Origin: Thermoplasmatota archaeon | GTDB lineage: Archaea; Thermoplasmatota; Penumbrarchaeia; Penumbrarchaeales; Penumbrarchaeaceae | DNA length: 35,064 bases | Assembly (NCBI GenBank): GCA_029762535.1 | Contig: JARVGK010000034.1 | Location: forward strand, 1-35,064 | Direction of reading: 5' to 3' | In this document: positions 26,391-35,064 of the stretch, piece after piece | Numbering within the stretch: position 1 is the first letter of the stretch | Layout: the number at the start of each line of letters is the position of its first letter | Program-made: the position numbers and the translations under genes | Notes under the pieces: generated by a model | Databases searched by the model: none | Seen by the model: the letters and a program-made list of their open reading frames with translations, nothing else | Told to the model about the DNA's origin: nothing

Positions 26391-29300
26391 ATGTTGGGAC
26401 AAAGGTTGGGATCATTGACCGCGAGGCATCCGTGGTTCGTGATCCTCATGATCGTTCTGATCTCCGTATCTGCAGTGGCGGCCATGGTCCTCAGACCCAT
26501 GCCCACCCAGTTCGAGATGCAGGACTGGCTGCCGGTTGTTGATGAGGTAACGACATGGACCACGTACGAGGAGAGTTTTACACCAAGCTATTACTTCACG
26601 GTCCTTCTGAAAGGGAACGGCGGGGATGTCGTTACCAGGAACGGATTCCTGGACATGATGGAGCTATCCTCCGAGATCGCCGAAAACGATACGTTCCAGC
26701 GCTGGAAGGACGAGGGAGCCCCCGGCGACAATCCAGCGGTACCTCCCCTTTCCATGTACAGTATGGAGAAGGCTATGTCCTCGGCGAGGACAATAACGAA
26801 GATCGATCAGGGCCTGTCATCCGTTCTCGGCGATGTCATGGACCTGAACGGGACCTCCTCGATACCGGATGAGGGCAGGGATCCAGGGAACTCCACCTGG
26901 CTTCGGTCCGTCCTTGAACCATTGAGGGCCTCCGTTGAGAAGTTTCACTCTTCGGCCGGGGAGGTGGATATATCTCCCATACAGGTCGCTCCGGATGCGG
27001 AAAGCTACATATCGGGATTCGAGAGCGATGATGAATTGAAGGAGAGGGTCTCCGAGCTATTCGAGTTCGATCCAGGTTCGGAGTCTCTAATGGGCTCTGT
27101 ACAGGGATTGATGAACTTCTCGAGCGAGGCGGGGAAGACTATAGGCTCCATGCAGCAGGCCAGGTCCGTCCTGGTCTCGTTAAGGGACGATCCGGACCTT
27201 TACAACGGAACCATGGATGTGTCCCTCGGCGGGGATACGGTATATGTCAACGCTTACGATCACATCGACATGCTGATATCCTCAACGGATGATGCGATCG
27301 ATAGGCTGAGCATGTTCCTTTCGATGTCCTCGGCATACGGCAACCCTCTCATCGTGGGAGGGATCGCCTCTGATCTGAACATGGCCTCCTACACGATGGA
27401 GTTCTTCTTCACCAAGGACTTCGAGCCTCGCTCCGGCGGGGTGTCCGCAGACGCATGCATAATGATGGTGTATCTTGACCCTTCCTTCAACTCCAACGAT
27501 GACGCTACGAAGGAGCTTTTAAGGAACGTTGAGATCGATCTCACGGAAGCGTGCCAAAGCTACGGTGGCGATGGATCGCTCTCCATACGCCCGCTGGGGA
27601 ACGTTCTGATAAACGACCGTATAAACGAGGCCAGCCAGGATTCCATGATGATACTCCTTCCTGGGGCATTCGTCCTTATCGTTATCATTCTCGGCATTAT
27701 TTACAGGAACGTGACCGACGTGCTACTGAGCCTCTCAGGGCTCTCTCTTGCCATCCTCTGGATGTTCGGTTTCGGTTCGCTGATGCAGTTCTCGAACAAC
27801 CCCATGATAACCGCCGTTCCGGTCCTGATAGTGGGGCTTGGAATAGATTACGGGATACATCTCACATTACGCTACCGTGAGGAGATGTACAAGGGGGCCA
27901 AGGTAAAGGAGGCGCTCAGGGGAATGACGGGTTCTGTGGGGATCGCGCTGCTGCTCGCCACTTTGACCACGGTCGTAGCGTTCATGTCGAACATATCATC
28001 GCCCATTGGATTGATCATGCAGTTCGGCGTGATGGCGGCGGTGGGGATACTCTCATCCTTCATGATAATGATACTGCTCATCCCCTCGGTGAAGGTATTG
28101 ATTGACGGCAGAAAGGCCCGAAAGGGAAAGCCCCTGTTCGGGGGCTTCAAGGAGGGAGACGTCAAGGACATTTCAAAGAGCCGTTCCCCTGTCTATTTTT
28201 TCAGCAAAGGGCTCGCTTCAGCATCCGTCGGGGCGGAGAGACATCCCGTGCTGGTCCTCGCCTTGATAGCGCTTCTCACCCTGGGTCTGGGGGCCGCGGC
28301 TTCCCAGAACGAGCTCTCCTTCTCGGTCAACGATTTCCTGCCCGAGGGCCTTCAGGAGGCGGAAGACCTGAAGTACCTGCTCTCCGAGTTCAAGCTAGCA
28401 GGCGGGTCCGGGGACATCGCGGTCATACTTATAGAAGGGGATATCACCCAACCCGATGTCCTGAGGGCCATGCAGGAGACCACGTCCCTTATCAGCGCCC
28501 TGAACAGCAGTTATGTGGCCGTTCGCAGGGAAGGCACAACGACAACCGCGAGCGTCGATCATCTACTACCAACTCTCAGGGACCTCGCTCTGAACCTGGC
28601 GCTGATGGACCCGGTAAATGATCTATTCCTTTCGTATAATAGGGCCTTCGATACGCGAACGGGCCTGCCTTTGGACGACGCGACCCCGGAGATGGTGCGT
28701 GATACCCTTACCATATTCGAGACGGGGTTCCCCATGCTCTCGAGAAGGGTCATACATTCCACCGATGGCGAGTTCGATATGGCCCTTATATCGGTGGTCG
28801 TCTCGACCAAGGACGACAACGAGGCCGGATCCCTGCTGCGCCAGCTGGAGAGGACCGTTGGCCCGCTTAAGGACCTTGTTGGGGACGGAATAGATACTGT
28901 ATCGATCAGCGGTTCCTCGATACTCATGTCGATAATCACGACCTCGATCAACGAGAGCCAGATCAGGTCCCTGATCATCACGCTCGCGATATCGCTAGCG
29001 GTCCTCACGATCGTGTTCTTCCTGGAGCGCAGGTCGATACTCCTGGGGACCGTGGCGACCCTGCCCATGGTGCTTTGCGTGATCTGGATACTTGGAGCAA
29101 TGTATCTTTTGGGACTGCCGCTCAACGCAATGACCATAACCATAGGATCGCTGACCGTCGGGCTCGGAATAACCTACGGCATTCACATAACCCACCGCTT
29201 CCTAGAGGACCTTGGGCGCGAGTGCGATGTGCACGAGGCGTGCAGGAGCACGTTAATGAACACCGGGTCCGCCCTTCTGGGGGCTGCCGTCACGACCGTT

Positions 29301-29498
29301 TCCGGATTCAGCCTGCTGCTCCTTGCGCTGATGCCCCCTCTGAAACAGTTCGGAGCGGTCACGGCCCTGACGATAGTGTTCTCGTTCATATCCTCCGTGT
29401 TGGTGCTTCCCGTCCTTCTCGTCATCTGGGCGAGGTCCAGGAACCGCTACAGGAAATGGAAGGAGTGCAGGACCCAGGACAGCGTACAGGTTAAATAA
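26391..29498 (+). CDS. MMPL/RND (HAE3-like) exporter
   Basis: Two halves, each 1 TM + large loop + 5 TM; GLGIDYGIH and GLGITYGIH; ALLLATLTT...F; QFG motifs. Confidence 0.92.
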   Translation: MLGQRLGSLTARHPWFVILMIVLISVSAVAAMVLRPMPTQFEMQDWLPVVDEVTTWTTYEESFTPSYYFTVLLKGNGGDVVTRNGFLDMMELSSEIAENDTFQRWKDEGAPGDNPAVPPLSMYSMEKAMSSARTITKIDQGLSSVLGDVMDLNGTSSIPDEGRDPGNSTWLRSVLEPLRASVEKFHSSAGEVDISPIQVAPDAESYISGFESDDELKERVSELFEFDPGSESLMGSVQGLMNFSSEAGKTIGSMQQARSVLVSLRDDPDLYNGTMDVSLGGDTVYVNAYDHIDMLISSTDDAIDRLSMFLSMSSAYGNPLIVGGIASDLNMASYTMEFFFTKDFEPRSGGVSADACIMMVYLDPSFNSNDDATKELLRNVEIDLTEACQSYGGDGSLSIRPLGNVLINDRINEASQDSMMILLPGAFVLIVIILGIIYRNVTDVLLSLSGLSLAILWMFGFGSLMQFSNNPMITAVPVLIVGLGIDYGIHLTLRYREEMYKGAKVKEALRGMTGSVGIALLLATLTTVVAFMSNISSPIGLIMQFGVMAAVGILSSFMIMILLIPSVKVLIDGRKARKGKPLFGGFKEGDVKDISKSRSPVYFFSKGLASASVGAERHPVLVLALIALLTLGLGAAASQNELSFSVNDFLPEGLQEAEDLKYLLSEFKLAGGSGDIAVILIEGDITQPDVLRAMQETTSLISALNSSYVAVRREGTTTTASVDHLLPTLRDLALNLALMDPVNDLFLSYNRAFDTRTGLPLDDATPEMVRDTLTIFETGFPMLSRRVIHSTDGEFDMALISVVVSTKDDNEAGSLLRQLERTVGPLKDLVGDGIDTVSISGSSILMSIITTSINESQIRSLIITLAISLAVLTIVFFLERRSILLGTVATLPMVLCVIWILGAMYLLGLPLNAMTITIGSLTVGLGITYGIHITHRFLEDLGRECDVHEACRSTLMNTGSALLGAAVTTVSGFSLLLLALMPPLKQFGAVTALTIVFSFISSVLVLPVLLVIWARSRNRYRKWKECRTQDSVQVK

Positions 29499-29520
29499 GC
29501 GCGGGTTCATCCCCGCAGGC

Positions 29521-31197
29521 ATGCTGGTCCTCGGGATCGAGTCCACGGCCCACACCTTCGGCGCAGGGATAGTCAGGGACGGGACCGTCCTCTCGAACGT
29601 CCGGAAGATGTACACTCCCCAAGAGGGAGGGATACATCCCCGGGAGGCAGCCGACCATCACGTGAGGATGGGCCCGATGGCGGTATCCGAGGCCCTGGCC
29701 TCGGCGGGGGTCGGATTGGAGGATCTGGAGCTGGTATCGTTCTCCAGAGGTCCGGGGCTGGGTCCCTGCCTCAGGATAGGGGCGTCCATAGGAAGGGCCG
29801 TATCGCTCAGGTGCGGGATACCGATCATAGGTGCGAACCACTGCGTTGCCCATCTGGAGATAGGCCAGATGCTCGGATGCAGGGACCCTGTACTCCTCTA
29901 CGCCTCGGGAGGCAACACCCAGGTGATCGCCCACGTCAGGGGAAGATACAGGGTGCTGGGAGAGACCCTGGACATAGGCATCGGGAACATGCTCGACAAG
30001 TTCGGGAGGGATATCGATCTGCCCTTCCCGGCAGGTCCGGTGATAGAGAGGATGGCCATAGGAAAGTACGAGGGGACGACCGATGGCATTCTCGACCTGC
30101 CGTATTCCGTCAAGGGAATGGACGTGTCCTTCTCCGGAATACTGACCGCCGCGAGATCGCATCGGTCGAAGGGTGCCGACCCCGCACTCCTCTGCAGGTC
30201 GGTGCAGGAGATATCGTTCTCAATGTTATGTGAGGTGTCCGAGAGGGCCATGGCCCACATTGGCGCGGACGAGCTGCTTCTGGGAGGGGGGGTGGCCTGC
30301 AACGCGAGGCTGCAAGAGATGGCCGGGACCATGGTCCGCGAGAGAGGGGGCAGGCTGTTCTGCCCGCCAAGGGACCTGCTGGTCGACAACGGGGCGATGA
30401 TGGCCTATCTAGGCGAGGTGATGTTCGAGGCGGGGGTAAGGCATACGATAGAGGACACCTTGGTCGATCAGAGGTTCAGGACGGACCAGGTCGATGTCAT
30501 CTGGAAGGAGGACCGGGACCTGGGGGAGATCCGCACCCTGAACACTTCAACGATCAATGAGGGAGAGGCCCCTCCTTTCGGATCCGTCATAGGCAGGGGG
30601 GCGGAGGCGGTGATAACGGTCGAGAGGTTCGGCACGCTCGCCGTCTCATGCAAGAGGAGGATGAGAAAGATCTACAGGGACCCAGAGCTCGATTCCAGAC
30701 TGGTCCAGCAGAGGGTCCGGAGCGAATCCCGGATGCTCAGGACGATAAGGGGTGCCGGAGTGAGGACACCTTACATCATAGATGTGGACGAGGAGCGTGG
30801 GACTATACTGATGGAGCTGGTGAGAGGCCCGAGGCTCTCCTCGGTCTTGAACGTGATGGAAGAGGAGGAGCAGAGGGCGATGGTCAGAAGGATGGGTTGT
30901 ATCGCCGGAAGGCTGCACGCCAAAGACATGGTGCACGGGGATATGACCACGTCGAACTTCCTGGTAGCGGGAGGGGATCTCGTCCTCATCGACTGTTCGC
31001 TTTCGGAGAGGAGCACGGAGCTCGAGAAGAAAGGCGTGGACCTCAGGCTGTTCTTCGAGGTCTTCGGCTCCACGCATGGTTCCATATCGCACATGGAGGC
31101 GGATTTCAGAGAGGGGTACGTGTCCGAGAACCCCCATGTCGAGGTCTGGGAGAAGCTGTCCGAGATCAATTCAAGGGGAAGATATCTGGGAGGATGA
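29521..31197 (+). CDS. kae1: Bifunctional Kae1/Bud32 (t6A tRNA synthase + kinase, KEOPS)
   Basis: LGIESTAHT, GGIHPREAA, NHCVAHLE, YASGGNTQ, DNGAM; Bud32 part GRGAEA, HGDMTTSN. TTAAATAA ~25 nt upstream suggests a leaderless mRNA. Confidence 0.96.
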   Translation: MLVLGIESTAHTFGAGIVRDGTVLSNVRKMYTPQEGGIHPREAADHHVRMGPMAVSEALASAGVGLEDLELVSFSRGPGLGPCLRIGASIGRAVSLRCGIPIIGANHCVAHLEIGQMLGCRDPVLLYASGGNTQVIAHVRGRYRVLGETLDIGIGNMLDKFGRDIDLPFPAGPVIERMAIGKYEGTTDGILDLPYSVKGMDVSFSGILTAARSHRSKGADPALLCRSVQEISFSMLCEVSERAMAHIGADELLLGGGVACNARLQEMAGTMVRERGGRLFCPPRDLLVDNGAMMAYLGEVMFEAGVRHTIEDTLVDQRFRTDQVDVIWKEDRDLGEIRTLNTSTINEGEAPPFGSVIGRGAEAVITVERFGTLAVSCKRRMRKIYRDPELDSRLVQQRVRSESRMLRTIRGAGVRTPYIIDVDEERGTILMELVRGPRLSSVLNVMEEEEQRAMVRRMGCIAGRLHAKDMVHGDMTTSNFLVAGGDLVLIDCSLSERSTELEKKGVDLRLFFEVFGSTHGSISHMEADFREGYVSENPHVEVWEKLSEINSRGRYLGG

Positions 31198-31200
31198 ACC

Positions 31201-31773
31201 ATGGTGATGATGAAGAAGCTTGGGATAGTTACGATGAACGCGGGGAAGTTCAAGGAGATAAAGGAGATGTTAAAAAGCGTCGGATGCGAGCTTCACCAGG
31301 TGGACGAGCCGTTCATCGAGATCCAGGCGGACACTCTCGAGGAGGTGGTCCTGTACGGATTGAAGGAGATCCGCGGACGTATCTCCTTATCCCATCCCGT
31401 CATCAAGGACGATTCCGGATTGTTCATCGATGTGCTCGACGGGTTCCCTGGCGTCTATTCGGCGCATGCGATGAGGACGATCGGATGCGAGGGGCTACTC
31501 CGTCTGATGGAGGGCCAGCCAGAGAGGAGGGCCGAGTTCAGGACATCCGTCGGATTGTTGTATCCCGACGGGAGCGTCAGTATATACAGAGGGTCCGTAA
31601 GTGGAAGGATCGTGGAAGAGGCCAGGGGGCGCCAGGGGTTCGGGTTCGATCCGATCTTCGTCCCTGATGGATATGATGAGACCTTCGCCGAGATGGACCT
31701 TGGGACGAAGAACGGCATCAGCCACAGGTACAGGGCGATCTCATCGCTCGTTGACGATCTCCTCGATGGATGA
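31201..31773 (+). CDS. rdgB: Non-canonical purine NTP pyrophosphatase (RdgB/HAM1)
   Basis: T-x-N-x-x-K, EIQAD, DDSGL, FPGVYS, GFGFDPIF, SHRYRA. Confidence 0.95.
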   Translation: MVMMKKLGIVTMNAGKFKEIKEMLKSVGCELHQVDEPFIEIQADTLEEVVLYGLKEIRGRISLSHPVIKDDSGLFIDVLDGFPGVYSAHAMRTIGCEGLLRLMEGQPERRAEFRTSVGLLYPDGSVSIYRGSVSGRIVEEARGRQGFGFDPIFVPDGYDETFAEMDLGTKNGISHRYRAISSLVDDLLDG

Positions 31774-32103
31774 TGGCCTGGGAGGGGCGGGTCTACTGGG
31801 TTCGAGGTCCAGGAGTATGTCGACGAGGTCGGTTCCTATCTCGCTCTCCTCGAGGTCGGGATCGATCTCCTTGAGTCTTTCGGAGTAATCCTTCACCTGG
31901 GACATGATCTCCTTGAAGCAGGTCACCTCCTCGCGGGAGATCCTCCTTGCCAGGAGGCGCTCGAGGGCGATGTCGTCCTCCTCCACGTTGTACTTGAGAC
32001 AGCAGTAATCGAGGACGGGGCCCTGATCCCCGCAGAAGAAGCCCAGGGTCCTGTGGGTGGAGAGCTGGTAGGCCCTGAACATGGTCACGCTCCTTGAAGC
32101 CAT
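31741..32103 (-). CDS. Hypothetical protein (~120 aa)
   Basis: Host-like GC-rich codon usage from ATG 32103; the N-terminal extension in the ORF track runs into AT-rich spacer. No motif recognised. Confidence 0.6.
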   Translation of the reverse strand: MASRSVTMFRAYQLSTHRTLGFFCGDQGPVLDYCCLKYNVEEDDIALERLLARRISREEVTCFKEIMSQVKDYSERLKEIDPDLEESEIGTDLVDILLDLEPSRPAPPRPSSIEEIVNER

Positions 32104-32519
32104 GATTGAGACTACTAATCTGAAGCTATAATGCCCTCGTGGGGATATCCCCGGGACTGCTTGTGATGTGATGAAAAAGGTATTCATCCACATTTTGAAC
32201 CGAAAGAAATTCCCTTTGTTTCGTCGATGATCATTCACTTGCTTCGCTTCATTTCTTTTCCAAAAAGAACCGTTCGCCTATCCTACTTACTTTCAGCTCC
32301 AGGATTCTAATCATCAACTCACACTCACCCAACAGCCAACCGTTCCTTCACTTCGTTCATCCACTTCCCACGTTGATCACTCCCCCTTCTGCGCTCTGTT
32401 CGAAATCGCTTGAAGAGGCCAGGGAAATAATTCTTATTCTTCCGGTTCCTTTGTCCTCGATTCTCCTTCCGATCTTTCTCAGGAATCCTCCGAAGAAAGA
32501 TCTTCAGGAGTTAAAAGCA

Positions 32520-32849
32520 ATGAGCTGGCCGAACCATCTGACAAAGCTATCGAACGAATGCTACAATCATTTCGTTGCCAAAGCGATCCTGTTCTGGATC
32601 CTAAGAGACATGAAGCATGATGTTTCATCCGAGTGGAAGGTCCCAAACGGATATGTCGATCTCTGCGATAAGACAACAAGGACCTTGTACGAGATCGAGT
32701 TCCATGTTTCGAAGAGTTATCGGAACCAGAAGGTCGAGCAGTATAGGATGCCAGGTTATGAAATAATCATCGTTGATTGCTCCAAACTACCTGCGGATAT
32801 TGATGAGATCCGCGAATATCTGGAACAATTCATTGTACCTGATTATTAA
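32520..32849 (+). CDS. Small PD-(D/E)xK nuclease-like hypothetical protein
   Basis: H-x-x-x-K helix, E...GYVDL...YEIE pattern. AGGAG 9 nt before ATG 32520; an upstream start (to 32373) is not excluded. Confidence 0.5.
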   Translation: MSWPNHLTKLSNECYNHFVAKAILFWILRDMKHDVSSEWKVPNGYVDLCDKTTRTLYEIEFHVSKSYRNQKVEQYRMPGYEIIIVDCSKLPADIDEIREYLEQFIVPDY

Positions 32850-32863
32850 TATTACATTTCTGG

Positions 32864-33592
32864 TTAGCTAATGCCCTTTTTTTCATAAATGGAAATTAAT
32901 ACAGGTTGATAATTTTTATCGATTAGTATTATTTGAATTATATTTGTCGAAAATCCAGAGGTTGGTCCATATTGTTCATGATAATGAAAATTAATCTCTA
33001 ATAAAAAACAATCATCATAACTTCTGTTAATATATTCTAACTTTTGGTTAACTGTAAGTGTATTATTTTCATCACATATAGCGACCATGCCAAAATATCT
33101 CTCAAAACTATTTGTCAATATTGAAACATTATAGATATTCTTTAAATACCAATGATCATTCATATATTCAATCTGAACTGATTGTTGATAACGTACATCC
33201 TCTTCGTACATTAAATGTACACGGACATCAATATTATTATTTCGGAGATGATCAATCCTATGTCCATAATCTTTTAAACCAATATCATCTATAAAATTCG
33301 CCCAAACATATGTTTTTTCATTAAATGACATATTATTCGAATAACATTGATAACTGTTCATACCTTGTAATGATAAATAATATCTTTCTACCCCATAAAT
33401 TGAAGAGTAGTCGATATTTTCAGTAGTTGTTGATGCTATTTTTTCTATTGATGAATTGGCATTTTTACTGATGAATATCTCATATTTTCCTTTCGTAACT
33501 ACATTATTATCAATGTTATTTTTAATTAATATTGCTAATGGTATACTAATGATGATGATTGCGAAAATAATAAATAATGATTTATATTTCAT
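32864..33592 (-). CDS. Membrane-anchored/secreted hypothetical protein, very AT-rich
   Basis: MKYK + hydrophobic SLFIIFAIIIISIPLAILI; 242-aa open frame in AT-rich DNA; starts 2 nt after the upstream stop. Confidence 0.75.
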   Translation of the reverse strand: MKYKSLFIIFAIIIISIPLAILIKNNIDNNVVTKGKYEIFISKNANSSIEKIASTTTENIDYSSIYGVERYYLSLQGMNSYQCYSNNMSFNEKTYVWANFIDDIGLKDYGHRIDHLRNNNIDVRVHLMYEEDVRYQQSVQIEYMNDHWYLKNIYNVSILTNSFERYFGMVAICDENNTLTVNQKLEYINRSYDDCFLLEINFHYHEQYGPTSGFSTNIIQIILIDKNYQPVLISIYEKKGIS

Positions 33593-33594
33593 AA

Positions 33595-35064
33595 CTATCC
33601 CCCATAAGCAGGAATATTATAGTTAATCTCATCGGGATTTATATAACCAACCCTATGTATTTTCTCCATAACTATTATCCACTGTACTGGAGTATAATCT
33701 ACTACTTGCCATTTATCATAATCCATACACGCTCCCGTATGATCTTTTAATCCTAGATTATGACCAAGTTCATGCATGAATATACTCGCCTGAGCTTTAG
33801 AATGATCTTTACCGAGGTCTCGTATACGTTGATCTGCTAAACAAATTTCATCCGCATAAAACCAAGGGTAGCCCCACATGTTTAATGATGTTTGAGGAAG
33901 GTCCCATACCATATCAGCACTTCCTCCTTTACAAGTATCGTCATCCATATAATGACAAATTATAGCATAATGGAAAATACCGTGTCTCTCATCATTAAAA
34001 TAATCAGAATGCCATGTGAAAGTATTTTTGTTATATGTCGTTTCTGTCATACCATAGTAATATTTATAGTGGGGATATTTTTTTTCATAGTTTCTATATA
34101 ACATGTCACTATATGGAATATTTCCTTTTCCCCCACCCATGCATCCGTCATCTATGTGCAATATTATATCGTGCGACGAAAAAGCTTCAATAACTTTATT
34201 TTGACCATCTTCTTTAATTTTATATTCAACTGTTTTAAAACCATCAATATAACTTTCAGGGTATTTTTCTCCATTGGGGCGATATACCCATTTATATTTG
34301 ATTATGGGTTCCGTTTTAGCCATCCAGTCAACCTCCACGAAGATGTCCTTGATAAATGGATTTGCTCCGAAATTAAAGAATTTGAATTCTTTTTCAAATG
34401 GGATCCCGTCTTTATCTGGATCCTCATCGGTGTAAACCTGATCATGGATATTATGTTTAATCAATACATTAATACCATCTATATAATTTTTATAAAATGA
34501 AGTTTTATTATCTGGTTTTGATTTATAATACTTGAATTCTGAATATGATCCCAATCGATCATGATCGTAATCTCCGGGAAGGTACTTGTATTCCTCTTCC
34601 AGGTAATTTGACCATCGTTTCTTTGACATGTTCCACTCTCCATTTGAGGTTATTGGATAGGGCCAGAGATTCAGATCGAGAGGAATGATATCATATGATA
34701 TTGCCGCATCCATGCTGTGCCTGTTCGTCAGGTCTCCGTCCTCGTTGCCTGAGCAGAAACCCATACCACTATTATCATCTGTGACATATTTTAAGTTTGC
34801 TCCTGTACCATTTATATCCTGGCCTTCTACGATCTTCGATCCGTCCATGACGTACCAGGTGCTCTTCCTCAGATCATATGTGATCTCAAGGGCCCGTCCT
34901 TTTATTTTCTCTGTATCCCAATAATCTATTTCACTCGTATTATTCTCACGGTTTACGGCAGGGGATATATCGATCAGGTCATGATGATTAGTCCTATCAT
35001 GATCATAGAGTAAAATCCTATAATTCAACTTCTCTGCATAATTCGGAAGACCCACTGTCAAAAT
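33595..35064 (-). CDS. C-terminal part of a large extracellular zinc metalloprotease (HExxH, zincin-like) with Ca-binding motifs; 5'-truncated
   Basis: FMHELGHNLGLKDH...CMDY, KDIFVEVDWM, IFHYAIICH, DPDKDGIP and DYDHDRL. Frame is open to the window edge. Confidence 0.8.
   Translation of the reverse strand: MLTVGLPNYAEKLNYRILLYDHDRTNHHDLIDISPAVNRENNTSEIDYWDTEKIKGRALEITYDLRKSTWYVMDGSKIVEGQDINGTGANLKYVTDDNSGMGFCSGNEDGDLTNRHSMDAAISYDIIPLDLNLWPYPITSNGEWNMSKKRWSNYLEEEYKYLPGDYDHDRLGSYSEFKYYKSKPDNKTSFYKNYIDGINVLIKHNIHDQVYTDEDPDKDGIPFEKEFKFFNFGANPFIKDIFVEVDWMAKTEPIIKYKWVYRPNGEKYPESYIDGFKTVEYKIKEDGQNKVIEAFSSHDIILHIDDGCMGGGKGNIPYSDMLYRNYEKKYPHYKYYYGMTETTYNKNTFTWHSDYFNDERHGIFHYAIICHYMDDDTCKGGSADMVWDLPQTSLNMWGYPWFYADEICLADQRIRDLGKDHSKAQASIFMHELGHNLGLKDHTGACMDYDKWQVVDYTPVQWIIVMEKIHRVGYINPDEINYNIPAYGG

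Larger units (their letters stand above)
32110..35064. mobile_element. AT-rich accessory island, probably horizontally acquired; extends beyond the window
   Basis: Abrupt GC drop: hand-counted 60-nt lines give 12/60 (33481) and 18/60 (32941) versus 43/60 at 29641. No integrase, transposase or att site is visible, so mobility is inferred only from composition. Confidence 0.5.

Noticed and set aside
30648-31667. 339-aa alternative-frame ORF across bud32/rdgB
   Set aside because: Arg/Gly-rich off-frame translation typical of high-GC DNA; both real genes are intact.
32292-32320. Minus-strand TGATGA...CTGA resembling C/D-box sRNA elements
   Set aside because: Only one box pair, 14 nt apart, with no convincing second pair or terminal stem; insufficient evidence.
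33595-35064. Diversity-generating retroelement target
   Set aside because: No reverse transcriptase or TR/VR pair differing at adenines is visible in this window.

Overview
Archaeal chromosomal segment, GC-rich over 1-~32100. A Thermoplasmatota-type lineage is likely; this is inferred from the Kae1-Bud32 fusion, the pyrH-DUF2116-coaD-rhomboid operon, the rpl44e-rps27e-aIF2a-nop10-PAC2 cluster and the tandem Lrp regulator. Housekeeping genes include Alba, TrpRS, aRF1, mevalonate kinase, an M18 aminopeptidase, an MBL hydrolase, an MMPL/RND transporter and RdgB. They are interleaved with unexplained genes: (i) two paralogous ribbon-helix-helix proteins 12 kb apart, one sitting directly upstream of a degenerate KaiC/RAD55-like ATPase that overlaps an HhH-MutS5-type gene; (ii) a PH/GRAM-like + SHOCT protein and a ~1275-aa membrane-anchored beta-repeat protein with a small coupled partner, both flanking mevalonate kinase (possible lipid sensing/transfer module); (iii) a surface protein with 7 FG-GAP blades, Ig/cadherin/PKD domains, a TM helix and an acidic tail. 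From ~32110 the sequence becomes an AT-rich accessory island: a structured non-coding spacer, a small PD-(D/E)xK-like ORF, and a compositionally mosaic HExxH metalloprotease gene followed 2 nt later by a small anchored protein (effector/immunity-like layout). No tRNA, rRNA, CRISPR array, integrase or transposase was recognised. All calls are by eye; no database searches were run.
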